Shown piece after piece: positions 1 to 12,659 of a stretch of DNA of 64,000 nt. Made by a program: the position numbers and the translations under genes. Under the pieces are notes generated by a model. That model made no database searches, was not told the DNA's origin, and saw only the letters and a program-made list of their open reading frames with translations. Within the stretch, counting starts at the first letter, position 1. Each line of letters starts with the position of its first letter. The DNA lies in contig NKIB01002172.1 of NCBI GenBank assembly GCA_002256025.1, positions 62,001 through 126,000 on the forward strand, read 5' to 3'. Source of the DNA: Asterionella formosa. Lineage: Eukaryota.

Positions 1-233
1 ATGCTGCGGTCCGAGCATGTGGGACGTTCGATGTGGATCTAAAGGCAAGTGCTCGTGTGGGACAAGGTGGAAACAGTGCAGGACGTGGCGAAGGGAAGAA
101 GAAGGCTGGGGGAGGAGATCAATTGTTTGTCTCCATGGTTTTGATTCAGGTGTTCGCAGGCAACATCGCGCTTTATGGTTTGATTTCTTCCATTATTCTC
201 AGTCAACAAGTGTACTACTGCGGTGCTAACTAA
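1..233 (+). CDS. 3' end of V-type ATPase proteolipid (subunit c-like), divergent; truncated by window edge
   Basis: Frame from nt 3 reads (D)AAVRACGTFDVDLK...GGGDQLFVSMVLIQVFAGNIALYGLISSIILSQ. This aligns with the canonical GDAGVRA...[27 protein letters not shown] of c subunits. Confidence 0.8.
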   Translation, partial: AAVRACGTFDVDLKASARVGQGGNSAGRGEGKKKAGGGDQLFVSMVLIQVFAGNIALYGLISSIILSQQVYYCGAN

Positions 234-310
234 ACTTCGTATAGCATGACTGCTTTACCAAGCAGGAATTGAGCATCAATGATACTCGGAGTATTATTTG
301 CCCCAAAACA

Positions 311-500
311 ATTTAGACATGCATGTATGATAAAGTTCAACTGCAATTCACTGTATGTTGCACAACGTAGATACTCGGTAGTCTAATGTTAGTCAGTACA
401 ATACATAACATCTAGACAATGCAAGTATGATAAAGTACAATGCAATTCACTGTCAGTTGCACAACGTAGACACCAGTAGTATAATGTTAGTCAGTACAAT
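311..500. repeat. Imperfect tandem duplication, ~100-bp unit
   Basis: TAGACA-TGCAxGTATGATAAAGT...GTTGCACAACGTAGA...TAATGTTAGTCAGTACAAT occurs at ~311-402 and ~410-500. Confidence 0.85.
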
Positions 501-2883
501 GATGAGACCAGCTGCTGGTGAATTTCTATATTGTAATAGTCCTTCATGAGGTTCTCTCACTGGGATTACATTCTGTTATCATCAATTTTGACTTGTGCAG
601 ATACGATGCCTTGAGTATAACTAACTCAATGACACGATGGGAAACCAAAACTGTGACAATTTACCAACTTAGGAAAAGCATCCCACTTTAGGTAAGGTAA
701 AAAATGAATTCAGCCATGTCTGAAATTAAACCTCAAGCCAAATCAATTAGAGCTTCGCTAATTCGCATAATACAAATTGTGTAGAACATGTTCAAGGGAA
801 CATACTTTCACAATTATTAACATATTTCAATTGCAGTTTCCTAGAAGTATAAAACATGTAATAATGTCATGTCATTTCATAATCATTAAGCACACCTTTA
901 TAAATATTTAAACTTTTGCAGATCATTGCTTGCTGCATTTGCAAAACTACTTCTCTGTTGCAAAATATATGGTATGATGGACTACTGTCACCAGCAAGAC
1001 AGGTACCCTGAACATGAATCCAGCCATATGTATAATTTTATATTGGGTTCACGAGCGAGTAGTTGGTACATATGATGAAGCTGGCATTTGCATATTCAAA
1101 TTCTAATGACTTTAGATCCATTCATTATTGTTTGTTTTCATCACTTTGGCCAGAAAAGGAAAAAATTAGTTTGGAGAGAATAAATTGATGTAGTAAGCAA
1201 GAGGGGCTTGCCCGCCATTGTCATTTGCTTTTTTCTAGCTATTTGCCCATACTTTGACATTTTCGCATTTGGAAGAATAAAATCAGTTTTAAACTTGCAT
1301 CAATTAAGTTTTGTGAAACAGATGATTTCAATGAGTGGTGAATTGATGACATTCTTTATGCATGATGAACAAAAGCACCTGTCTGGCATCACATTGTTTG
1401 TTTCAGCAAAATGACCACTATTTGCAGGTCCCTGGAGTATCAGAAACCAGCACCTTCTACATAGATTACAGTGGTGAGGTGATATAAGTTGATTAGCAGT
1501 AGCCATACTCAGAAAATGAACTGGAGATCGTACTTATTCCAATGCATTGCTTACAATCTTGGTAAACAGGAACGACCATGGCTGATGCTACAATCATGAC
1601 AATCCCGCTGCCCTTCTTCTGCTCTGTTATGTCACATCTGATGAAATCCAAATCGGCAGAATTTACTATTGTAATCTGCTGAATCGGCGCTATTTATTTC
1701 ATTCTCCAGGTTTTTACATTCATCAGATTTGAAGCAACAAGGTGCAGCATCTATATATGAGCGCTTGTTTTGTTAGTATACTCTACCACAGTCACGTCAA
1801 TTTTTTTTATGAGGATAAAATTTTCAAGGCAAATGAGTATTAATTAATGTTTCCTAGTAGGATAACAAAATCACCATTCTGACCCCTGATATAAGGGTGA
1901 TTCCAATACGCCTACATATACCGGTAGCAGTATGCATATTACTAGCGAGGAAAATTACATCAGATAAACCATAGTGTGAGGCAATACTATATCTACCACA
2001 GCTTCCTTCCCACCTGTTTCATCAGATTTTATACGACAAAAGATCTTATGAAAATTATTGTAACCTAATAATGACTTAAAATTGCTTATTGAATTTGTTG
2101 ATACATTTTGCAGAACACTTACAAGACACACTGCAACCACGCTTTCCTTAAAACAGCTACAAGCATTTGTGCATTCTTTCAAACACCACATATATCTTTG
2201 TTTTGACTTCTTGCTATCTTGACGACAACACAAAGCATGAGCTTGCTGCATTCTCATTTTTCTATAATTTTCACAAGTGAAAGTTCCATCTTTTGTGGCT
2301 TGTCTCTTTTTATTCAAATATGTTGAAATGACGGCCTCATTTGGATGGACAATGTACCTTTCTTAAGGGATTAAATTTATTGTCTCATTTCTCCCTTTTC
2401 CAGAACGTACAATGCCATGATCAGCTACTCCTTGTATTGCTTTTCCAAGTTCATTTGTAGATAGGGCAAACACAATTTCAGGAATTCCATGTGGATTGCT
2501 TGCTTACTACATCTCTGTTTTCAATTTTAAGTTATTCTGTCATTGTACTCTAACATATTGTGAATGTTTTTGTCTTTCATTTTTTATAGGAGTTTCTTTG
2601 ATTGGTCTTTCCATAGCATGTCTTGCATACTTGTTCTCATTCCCACAAAGTGTCATGAAACAGGTGATTTCAAGTGACCAAGACTGCAGTGAGAATCATT
2701 TATTGCCTCAAACATTTCCTTGCATCGAAGAAGCTTTCAGCCCGCATTATCTCCTTATTTCTCACTGTCTCTCTTGATAAAAAAAGACTTTTTATTAGAT
2801 CTACTTCCACATCTTTCTTTCATCTCGTTAATAACAAATTCGATTTTGTCGCCGTGTCTCTTGATTTTCTCAGTTTTCAAAGA

Positions 2884-3014
2884 TATACACAGCTTCATTG
2901 TACTTCTCATCAGTCATGTCACATGATCTTCTTTTTCCTGTTCCTGTTGTGTTATACACAACTTCATTGTATTTCTCATCGGTCATGTCACATGAGCTTG
3001 TTTTTCCTGTTCCT
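2884..3014. repeat. 69-bp tandem repeat, ~2 copies
   Basis: TATACAC starts at 2884 and 2953. The minus strand encodes GTGKxxSCDMTDEKYNExVY twice. Confidence 0.85.
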
Positions 3015-3170
3015 ATGGTGTTCTTTGCCTTTGTTCCTGTTTTAATTCTTGCAGTCATTTTCCTTGTTCTTGTTTTGGCATTTTCGATTCTCTTTGCAGT
3101 CCTTGTTGTTATTTCGGTTTGCACATTAGCACTCTTTGCTCCTGTAGACATCTCTTTTGCAGTTGTTGTT

Positions 3171-3454
3171 CCGGTTTCTGTATTTGGAGTCGTTCCTAGC
3201 TACTGTCGCCTTTCATTTCTTACAGTCATTGTTCCTGGCTGTTTCCACATTTGGAGTTTTTCCTAGTACCGTCACATTTTCATTCCTTGTAGTCGCTCAT
3301 TGTTCCGGTTTCCGCATTTGGAGTTGTTTCTACTGTCGCCTTTTCATTCCTTGCAGGTGTTCTTCTGGTTTCCACATTTGGAGTTGTTGCTACTGTCTCC
3401 TTTTCATTCCCTGTAGTCGCTCATTTTCCGGTTTCCGCATTTGGAGTTGTCGCC
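3171..3454. repeat. Degenerate 60-67-bp minisatellite, ~5 copies
   Basis: GTTTCxxxATTTGGAGT core recurs at ~3181, 3248, 3315, 3375 and 3438. Confidence 0.85.
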
Positions 3455-4190
3455 TGCTGTTGCATTCTCATTTAAAAACCAAGAGCTACTGCATTGAAAT
3501 GCGTGCAGAAGGATTATCTCATTCTTTGTGCACCACAACTGCCGCCAGTGGCTTTACCATCATTGGATGAAGAGGAAGAAGTGTCTGAGAATTCAGTCTC
3601 ACCACATACTCTTCATCACTACTGTCTTCATTGCGATTCTTCTTCTTTGAAGAAACCATGCAAAATCAGAATGGCTGTTAACAATCAATAGATTTTGTTT
3701 TGCATTGACTTTTATTGAAGATTCACTGCAAGTAGGCCTAGCTAGCTACATGTGACTACAGCTAGCTAAGCATTGACAGACCAGATTACTATCACTCACT
3801 CATCCTGCTGCTGTCTAGTAAAGAGATCTTATTTTTGATAGAGAAATGAGGTTTTGGTTGAAATAAAATTACATACTAGGATGAATCATGTGGTGGCTTG
3901 CAACAGAAATATGTATACATAGGATGAACCAGCCACGTGGCCTGCATCAGAAATATAAATAAATAGTTACAGCTAATTTAATTTAAATAGCAAATTTATT
4001 CACCAGATTGTTTGGTGTGCTCAATATATTTTAGCTAAATAAAATACGGTAATTCAGCTGAAATGACATATCAGCTCGTTAACAAAGCCAAGAATTGTTT
4101 GGTCCGGAGTAAAATTCGGTTCTTGGGGGACCGTGTCAAAATCCCGGATTTTGTTCATTTTGTGCTTTCGTACAATTGATCCATCATCTT

Positions 4191-4596
4191 TGTCAAGAAT
4201 ATTAGCCCAAGTCACAAGGATTGTGGATTCGATAGTAATCGAACGAGTCGAATAATGCATTGCCATGTCAATCAGCGGTCTAACAAGATCAAAGATTGAA
4301 GATTTCTATGGAAATGTTAAGTGGAAACTTGAAGAGAGTCTTAGAACGACTTTGCAGGAAGCAAAGATGCATGGAAAGGAAACATTTAGTTTAGCTTATA
4401 ATTTAATTTGAGTTTTAGATTATCAACCGAGGCAACAGTGCGTTAATTGACAGGAAGGTCAATTAGTCTATCTAGCAGGAAGGCTAGAAGCAGAGACAAG
4501 AGCGAAAGTAGGTGGTACTAGGTAGTAATACGATCACGTAAGAGTCTACGTGAAGAGAGACCCAGCCCGTGGGAAGGAGTACGGACCATTTCAACA
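4191..4596 (-). mobile_element. Solo LTR-like element (406 bp) with 6-bp TSD CATCTT
   Basis: Minus strand runs TGTTGAAA...ATTCTTGACA. CATCTT flanks both sides (4185-4190, 4597-4602). Homologous copies at 31201-31579 and 33580-33914. Confidence 0.85.
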
Positions 4597-5005
4597 CATC
4601 TTCTGATGACGATGGGATTTGCTTCCTTGACATCTCCCCGCTGAGGAAGGTCCGGTAATCGAGATATTTAGCATTTAGCTTAATTTGTTTTTAAGTGAAA
4701 AACGTGTTTTACTGGATCGCCTTCCAGTCGCTCAGCAGTCATTTCTTTGTCTGTGCGTGTTATGAAATCATACACTGCCAGGGGAACAAATAGTGCCTGT
4801 TTTCTTCAATGTTCTTTTTGGCCGCTTGATAAAATTGTCGTAGAAGAAATATCATGTGGTACTACTCTGATGTTGCGAGTAATTCTCACTTCCTTCGTCA
4901 GTCCCATTGTTCTCGAAATTGCTTGCTTGCTTCCATTAACAGACATATCTTATTTCCTCCCAAGCGGTTAGTCTCCTAATCTTTTCGTTGCTGGAAGCTC
5001 ATCTC

Positions 5006-7526
5006 ATGTCCAGCATGATGCTACGATTGTCGGCAGCCCGATTCGTTCTGTTAACACGAACTCCTGTGACCATGGCGACGAGACGTGCCATGTCAACCTC
5101 GTTCTGGCAGTCCGTCAAGATTCCAAAAGGTACGTACCGACTGTACTCCTTTTCATTGCTTATTGGAGAAAGACAACTAACAAAGGTAGTTTTTTGGTTT
5201 TATCAACTTGGCTAACCATTTAATAGGATTCGAGAACTTTTTTCCAAAGAATAGCCTTCCAAAGAAACCGAAAACCTCGTCCAACACCGCGAAAAACGCC
5301 AGCGACAAGCAGGCACCCAGCGGTAAGACACCAAAGGAAGACAAGAACAAGCCGCCTCATAAGAAAACGAAGAAGGCAGCCTTCACCGAATCTCCTTTTG
5401 GAAACAGCAACAACGCAAATGGCGCAAACAATGGGGAGCCTCATCCTGCCGTTCTCTTGGCACTTTTGGCTGCCATTGTCACTGGTCGATCGTTTCTCGA
5501 CTCAGCCAACCACAATTCAAAAGAAATAACTTATAAGGACTTTTACGCCATGCTGGAGGATGGTCTAATAGAGAAACTGGTCGTCATTAATCGAGAAGTG
5601 GCCCGAGTTGTCTTGAAAGACGGTGTCAACCATGTCGCTTTGGCAAAGTCATCATCACCGACCAATGAAGCGACAAATGCGGACGATTGGAACGACGAGA
5701 CTTCCATGGAATGGGGAGCGCAGACATCCGTACAATCATCACGCCAGAAAAGCAATAGCACCGCTAAAGCAAAACCACTTTATCATTTTTCCATTGGATC
5801 CGTCGAAGGACTGGAAGACAAACTCACCAGAGCGCAGCAAGAATTGGGTTTGGAAGCAAAGGATTTTATTCCCGTCACGTATCAACAAGAGACGGATTGG
5901 CTTGTGCAGGGGATCAAATTAATTCCTACCATTGCTCTCGTGGGATTGGTTGCATATGCCTTCAAATCACAAGCTGGAAAAGCAGGAGCCGGAGGACCTG
6001 GTGGCATTTTTCAAATTGGAAAATCAAACGCCAAGCGCATCAACCAACAAGACATTAAAGTCAATTTTTCGGACGTAGCTGGCTGCCAAGAAGCAAAGAA
6101 GGAAATTATGGAGTTTGTCGACTTCCTTCAAGACTCGTCTCGATTTACAAAACTGGGTGCCAAAATACCAAAGGGTGCGCTCTTATGTGGACCACCGGGA
6201 ACGGGAAAGACTTTGTTAGCCAAGGCAGTCGCTGGAGAAGCCGGTGTGCCTTTTTTTAGTATTTCCGGATCCGACTTTATTGAAATGTTTGTTGGTGTTG
6301 GACCAAGTCGGGTAAGGGACTTGTTCAAGGAAGCAAGAGCGAACGCACCATGCATCATTTTTATTGATGAAATTGACGCCGTTGGTCGTCAACGAGGACG
6401 TGGTGGTTTTTCTGGAGGCAACGATGAACGAGAAAATACACTCAATCAACTATTGGTGGAAATGGATGGCTTTTCGCCAACGACGGGGGTGGTCGTTCTT
6501 GCGGGAACCAATCGAGCTGACATTTTGGATTCCGCTCTGACGCGGCCTGGAAGATTTGATCGTCAGATTCAAGTGGATAAACCAGATTTGCAAGGACGAA
6601 AAGAGATTTTCCAAGTGCATTTAAAGGGAATCAAGTTAGAAGATGAGATTGATGAGATAGCTGGACGATTGGCTGGCTTGACACCGGGGTTTGCAGGTGC
6701 TGACATCGCCAATATTTGTAACGAAGCCGCCATTGTTGGGGCCAGACGCAAAGCGGAATCTGTTAGCATGGAAGACTTTGAAAAGGCAACGGATCGCATC
6801 ATTGGTGGACTGGAATCCCATAAAATAATGTCAAAGGAAGAAAGGGCAATTGTTGCTCATCACGAAGCTGGACATGCTGTAGCTGGTTGGTTTTTGGAAC
6901 ATGCTGATCCACTATTAAAGGTCACGATTATTCCTCGGTCAAGTGGCGCGCTTGGGTATGCGCAATATTTACCAAAGGAGGTTTTTTTGAGAACAGAAGA
7001 TCAAATTATGGATATTGTTTGTATGGCGTTGGCTGGCAGAGCGGCGGAAGAAGTATTTTTCGGAAACGTAACAACAGGCGCGTCTGATGACTTGCGACGA
7101 GTTACTCAATTGGTTTATTCCACCATTCAACTCTATGGAATGAATTCCCGGGTTGGCCAGTTGGCGTTCCCCCAAAAAGAAGGCGGCATGCCTGGTGAAC
7201 GGCCTTACAGTGATGCGACTGCCGAAGCCATGGATGAAGAGGCGAGATCTGTTGTAAATGCAGCCTATCAACGGACCTTGACCTTGATACGCGAAAAGAA
7301 GGAGCAAGTGGAGTTAGTGGCCAAGTTTTTACTGGAAAAGGAGACCATTACGCACGATGACGTTTTGGACTTGGTGGGTCCTCGACCATTTCAAGGTGAT
7401 GCTGCGTACAATGAATTTGTTAGTAAGCGACATCGAATGACGAAGCCACAGCCTGATGTGGAGGAGGGAGTGGAGGAAGACTTGGAACCAACCCTGGATG
7501 GTCCTTTGACTCCTGGGTTAGCTTAG
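5006..7526 (+). CDS. AFG3L2: Mitochondrial m-AAA protease subunit, AFG3L2/paraplegin (FtsH family); exons 5006-5129 and 5227-7526
   Basis: Arg/Ser-rich presequence. GT-AG intron 5130-5226 restores [10 protein letters not shown]. Walker A GPPGTGKT, Walker [27 protein letters not shown], Zn motif HEAGH. Confidence 0.96.
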
Positions 7527-8081
7527 GACGCTATCTGCTTGAAATGTAACTATACTTCTGCCTATTTGAATATAGCAAAATAAGACTTAATGAACCTACT
7601 TTATTAGGTTTAACTTCTGGAAGTTCATCAACTCCCACCTTCAATGAAGAGATCGTGCAGGATGTTATAGACATGACGAGATAAAATAGAAACCGAAGGT
7701 GGTTCTTATTCTGAACTGCAAAGAATGAAATCAATGCAAATGCCCTGCAAAATTTGGGCTCCTCAAGCACGTGTGTTGAGATAACAGTGACTAGATTATC
7801 TTTCGCATCTATTAGTGATATCTTGCAGAAAGCATTTTATGACTTAGACCAGGTTACTGTCTCTTAAAACGAAGTAACCTCCCAAGGGTGCAGTAAGCTA
7901 ATACTCATGTAACTAGATACTTGCGGCGCCCGAGACTTGAAAATACACTACTTGAAACTTTACATTACAGGAATATAGCAATTGTGGTTTCATTTGGTGT
8001 ACCATTAACCTCTTTTCACAATGAGAAAAGTAACAACATTCAATTCCTATCACGAATATTAAGAAAATCGCTGTCAAATTT

Positions 8082-9089
8082 TCAATAGTCGCATGTCGCA
8101 GGAAGTTGAGTACCGCTTGTTTGAATAATTTGCTTCGCTGCCCAGTGTCCGGCCTTGACAGCTTCTTCCACACTCTTTTTCTGAATCAATTGGCTCAAGA
8201 ATCCCCCAACAAATGCATCCCCGGCCCCATTGGTGTCCACCAATTTGTCAGCTGGCAAGGGTTCCACAGCATATTCTGTCACAACCCCATCGTACGCGAC
8301 GATCGTCGACTTGCTGCCCTGCGTAAATACGACCGTGCGCTTGCGAGATCCCTTCTTTGGCATTTCAGAAACAGCGAGAGCGACTTGTTTCAAGTCGTCT
8401 CCAAGCCCGTGTTTGGTTGCATAGGCGGCCGCTTCGGACTCGTTGCCAAAGAGAAAGTCAGCATAAAGCATAGCAGTAGCCAGCTGATCAGCAAAGAAAT
8501 CCACAATAAATGGAGCACTCAGGTTGAGACAAAAGACCTTGTCGTTGGCCACAGCATGTTCTGCGACAACCAACAAGGAAGGGACTGATACGGTCAAAAA
8601 GAAACCAGCACTGTAATAAAACTGGGCCGACTCAATGATCTCCTTGGCTTTAGGAGATTCCAAATGGCTGTCCTTAAAGTTATTGGCAGCCGCAAGATTG
8701 GCAATGAGGGCACGTTCACCGTCTTTAATGAGCGCAGCACAGGTTCCCGTCGGGGTGCTCTCGTCCACCATGTAGTGGACCAAAACTCCATCTTGAGTTG
8801 CACAGTCAAAGAGCTTTTTCCCGTACTCATCGTCCCCAACACATCCCATAAAGGCGGTCGATCCCTTGGGGGACATCCACTGTGCAACGCGAATTGAATT
8901 TTGAGTAGCGCCACCAGCAATGAAGGACGGCGAGTACTTGTCGACCAGTTCTTGGTAAATGGGCTGGTGTTTATCCTCAGCGAGAATGGCAGAGTCTAGC
9001 TTGACATCGTACTTGTCAAGGATGTCCTGTTCCACGTTGGCGGAGATGTCCAACAAAGGATTGCCCATGCCCATCAAGATGCCTGTCAT
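8082..9089 (-). CDS. ADK: Adenosine kinase (PfkB family)
   Basis: GMGNPLLDISA, AGGATQNSIRVAQW, NLSAPFI, FGNESEA, DTNGAGDAFVGGFL. Confidence 0.97.
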   Translation of the reverse strand: MTGILMGMGNPLLDISANVEQDILDKYDVKLDSAILAEDKHQPIYQELVDKYSPSFIAGGATQNSIRVAQWMSPKGSTAFMGCVGDDEYGKKLFDCATQDGVLVHYMVDESTPTGTCAALIKDGERALIANLAAANNFKDSHLESPKAKEIIESAQFYYSAGFFLTVSVPSLLVVAEHAVANDKVFCLNLSAPFIVDFFADQLATAMLYADFLFGNESEAAAYATKHGLGDDLKQVALAVSEMPKKGSRKRTVVFTQGSKSTIVAYDGVVTEYAVEPLPADKLVDTNGAGDAFVGGFLSQLIQKKSVEEAVKAGHWAAKQIIQTSGTQLPATCDY

Positions 9090-9541
9090 TGTCGTTTGAG
9101 TTTGAAAAGTGTTAGCAATTTAGGCTTTCTGTCGCATGGGTCGATTCCTTCCTCCATTGATGCATGCTTCTATTGAATCTATTGAAGGCTGCAAGTTATC
9201 GGTGGATTCATCTCAACGCACCTTCAAACTTGCTCATCGTTGCAATATCAATCTTTGGAGTGGGTGCTTTTATGAGATAACGCTTGGCAAGGATGGCTGC
9301 TATAAGAGCTGCAAGGCAAGCCGTCCACAACATCATGATGGTGGCGCATCCGAGCGAAACACCAAACCACGCACTTCCGTGTTTTAGGTGCGTCTTTCCT
9401 GTAGGACCTACAGCACGTGTGTACTACTTTGTGCCCATGAGACTATTGCAGTATCATCTTCACGTGCATACAAAAATAGTCCTCGCATACATACCGGTAT
9501 TCTGGTAGGTACCAAGTAAGTAACCCAGTACCTGGTACCAC

Positions 9542-9629
9542 CAAGTTGCGGAAATTGTGCTGAAACTTAAAATTTAGCTATCTTTATCCCGTATTAAATT
9601 GTTTATTTAAGAGCAATGACCGCAACTTG
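9542..9629 (+). mobile_element. 88-bp MITE, copy A
   Basis: TIRs CAAGTTGCGG...CCGCAACTTG. Flanks CAC|CAG, next to GTACCTGGTAC. Confidence 0.85.
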
Positions 9630-10891
9630 CAGGTATGGTAACACATGAAACCTTTTGTGCTTCAAACGTTTATATTGATAAAGCAAATAGGCAATTGAAA
9701 GTCATCGTAAAAAGAATCCTAGTCAGTCTTGTGTTTTCTTAGCAAAATTTATATTGTTTTCATGACACCAGTCGACCAAAGCAAAATGGGTTGATTGCTG
9801 TCGTTTCGATTTTGAACTTCTTCATCTGCCTCTGTCTCAGCAAATCTAGACAGCATTCCAGACTGCCAAGATTTGCTGAAAGAAGCAGAACTGCCTCGAA
9901 AATCGGAAAGCGTGACGATTTCATAATTTCGGATATTCATCACTTGTATATTCTCATGTAGAAATGCACCTTCATAGACTTAGTCCTCCCTCTGAGAACA
10001 ACATGGTCAATCTAGTTAGAACGTTTGCACAACAAACAATGCAACAAGATCACGCACCATAAATATTTCATTGTCACACATCACCTGAATCATTATTGTT
10101 GTTGTCCTTGTCAGCTGTCATCTTGTCTGTATTGTTTGATGTCTCACAACATCAGACCGGTTGATTATTGGGCTTAGGTAGCAGCTTGGAGGTTAGGGAA
10201 TTGATACTGTTGGCCCTCATGTGGCGAACAAACTCAGGTACCCCATCTCACAGTAAGTGATGACCAGCAGCCCGGATATAAAACACAACTTTGTCCACCA
10301 AAATATCACTCAATTTTTCCTTATTCATACCTCCTCTTTCTTGCAGAAGCAGCTATAACGATAATACTACTAGAATGGGTTGGTTTGCAAGAAAGCTGAT
10401 TTTATGAAAGCCTAAGAAACATCCTTTGAGGCGGACATCGGCAATCAGACGAGGAACCAATAGGCGACAATTTCAAGTAACGCTACAATCAACTAAGCAG
10501 CAGGCACATGGGAAGCAACAAGAAATGGGTAGTTCAATGAACAAGTTTAGTAATGGAAATGTGGCAAATTGCGATTTGCAGATGGATTGTTCGGAGATCA
10601 ATTTTTAGAAATGTCATTGCATGAAATCGCCTAGCAAATGGCCTACAGATCCATCTTAGTATCGTGAAAGTGCCCCAAAGCATATAATAGTATTAATCAT
10701 TATTTCCTTTAGTGTGTTATCATTATGCCTGTTCATTAGTTCACCAATGCAACAAAAAGCACCACCATTGTCGATCAGCTTGTTGATATAACATTGCTAG
10801 TGGTTTTCTCGTTCTATATTGTGCTCAAAGGGACTATTAATGGCCGATTTTTCCAAAATAGGCAAGTAGTAGGACCGGTAAGAAACATAAA

Positions 10892-11008
10892 GTACTATAG
10901 GCATTTGTTGAGAGGCTTCACTAAAACTTTTTTGAAATTCGAAAAAAGAAGTTTTACCTATAGGAAAAACAGACCAAAACAACCCAGAAAATACAAACGT
11001 TTTACTAC
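10892..11008 (+). repeat. Dispersed repeat (inverted copy at ~46643-46735)
   Basis: TAGGCATTTGTTGAxAGGC...TCGAAxAAGAAGTTTTACCTAT..GAAAAACAG..AAAAC...GAAAATACAAA is shared with the reverse complement of 46643-46735. Confidence 0.75.
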
Positions 11009-11094
11009 AGCGAAGGTTGAATGTGAATGAGTTCCAGCCAGGGCAATTTATTATTATCTATGCCCCATTACTATATGCACATACCGTGTACCAG

Positions 11095-11603
11095 TGAGTT
11101 GCGGTAATTTTGTTATATCCAGTTCCAAGAACGACTTTGTACTGGCAATAAAGATTCCAATTCCAAATTGGTACATGTGTCTCGTCTTGATATCCATTTA
11201 TTAAACCAACCCGACCGGCTTGTTGTTCAATTTTATATTTAGTTTTAATCTGATTTAGCCTAAAATATTGAGACCGATTTGTTTTGATTATTCTGCCATT
11301 TGCTTCTCGTTCGTTTTGCTTATTAATGTAGGACCGTTTTGCTTAAAGTATTTTGCTTAGTATAGTAGAGTCAATTTGCACTAACATAGTCCCTAAATAC
11401 TTTAACCAAAAATCACAATTTGTCAGAAACTTTTTTGTCCCTAATTATCTGAATTTATCGAATTTTTTCCAGTCGTCTTTATGCGGCCTGCGGGCGCAAG
11501 CCGTTAGAAAATTCATACTTGGATTTCTTAATGGCTGCCGAGTTGGGACATATTTGTCGGTTTTGGGAATGAGTACATGAATAAGCAAAATTACCACAAC
11601 TTC
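11095..11603 (+). mobile_element. 509-bp non-autonomous TIR element sharing the termini of the 88-bp MITE
   Basis: Ends TGAGTTGCGGTAATTTTG and CAAAATTACCACAACTTC. CAG on both sides (11092-11094, 11604-11606). Empty site reconstructs as GTAC-CAG-GTAG. Confidence 0.7.
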
Positions 11604-12659
11604 CAGGTAGTAAGTACTCCACATAGCGCCTCTGGAAACACCATAAATTTAAAATTAATCTGCCTTGCTTACACGGTAGAACATTAAAGTTACATCCTAG
11701 AACTGCACCCTTGCCAATTAATTAATAATGGAAACCATCAGTACCCTTGCTACAACATACCTATGCATGACAGCAATACAATTTTGCAGGAAATGTCTTC
11801 AAGGCTTTTCTCAAACAATAACACCAAGCTAGTACCCAGTATTATGCAGTTGAAACAGAGTGCTTTTAATCATGTTGAATGCCTCTAGTCTAGTAAGATT
11901 AATGCATTTATTATAAAAAGGGTTTACTTGCAAGTCAAAAAAATGATTCTCTTTCTATAAAAAGGCATGTTAACTATCATCAGGTCATGGCACCAAGAAT
12001 CCAAAGGAAAACTTAGATATTCTTATGGTTCTTACAAAATTCCATTGAAAATGGGTAATATGCATATATCCTAGACATGAATGGTATAAATTCCATTTCG
12101 AGGACGACTCAAATCTATAGTCATTATGCACATGAAACTGAAGATTGCTTGTCCATGTAACTACAATTGAGATCAAAAATACAATACAATCACCCAATAC
12201 CAGATACTTACTTTCATGCAACCAGTCATAGTACAATTCTAAAGCAGGAAACTACAATTGATTTTTAGACACGGAGTAGAATGACAAGATATTAAGTCAC
12301 AACTCTGATTGTGATCAATGAATTTTTGTTGGTAGAATTGCTAAATCCACTATTTTGATGACCATTGGATCAGCTGATTTGCTTGACTTTTTCAAAGGAT
12401 GACTGCTCTATGAATTAGATGGGGTCAGACAAAGATTAGAAGTATGTAGGTATACTCCATATATCCTCAGGGTTTACCTTCTGGGAAGTGCCTCAGGAAT
12501 GAATGCAGAAATAATCCCGATATCTTTGCTATAGTAAAAAAGTGTAGAACTATTGCTGTCACAATAAATCTTAATTTTGATCCATAATGAAATGGTCTGG
12601 TTCCTTCTGCAGTTTTCCTCAAGGACATAACTGATATGCATATATGGAGTTGATCAGTA

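Larger units (their letters stand above)
1955..3690 (-). pseudogene. Degenerate Lys/Thr-rich coding remnant with internal tandem repeats (possibly transposon-derived)
   Basis: Fragmented minus-strand ORFs (1955-2317, 2870-3151); a codon-multiple 69-bp repeat; no recognisable domain. Confidence 0.3.

Noticed and set aside
5220..9089. Antisense and alternative-frame ORFs overlapping AFG3L2 and ADK (likewise USP, PLPBP, the hydrolases and Lhcf)
   Set aside because: Shadow ORFs of well-supported genes.
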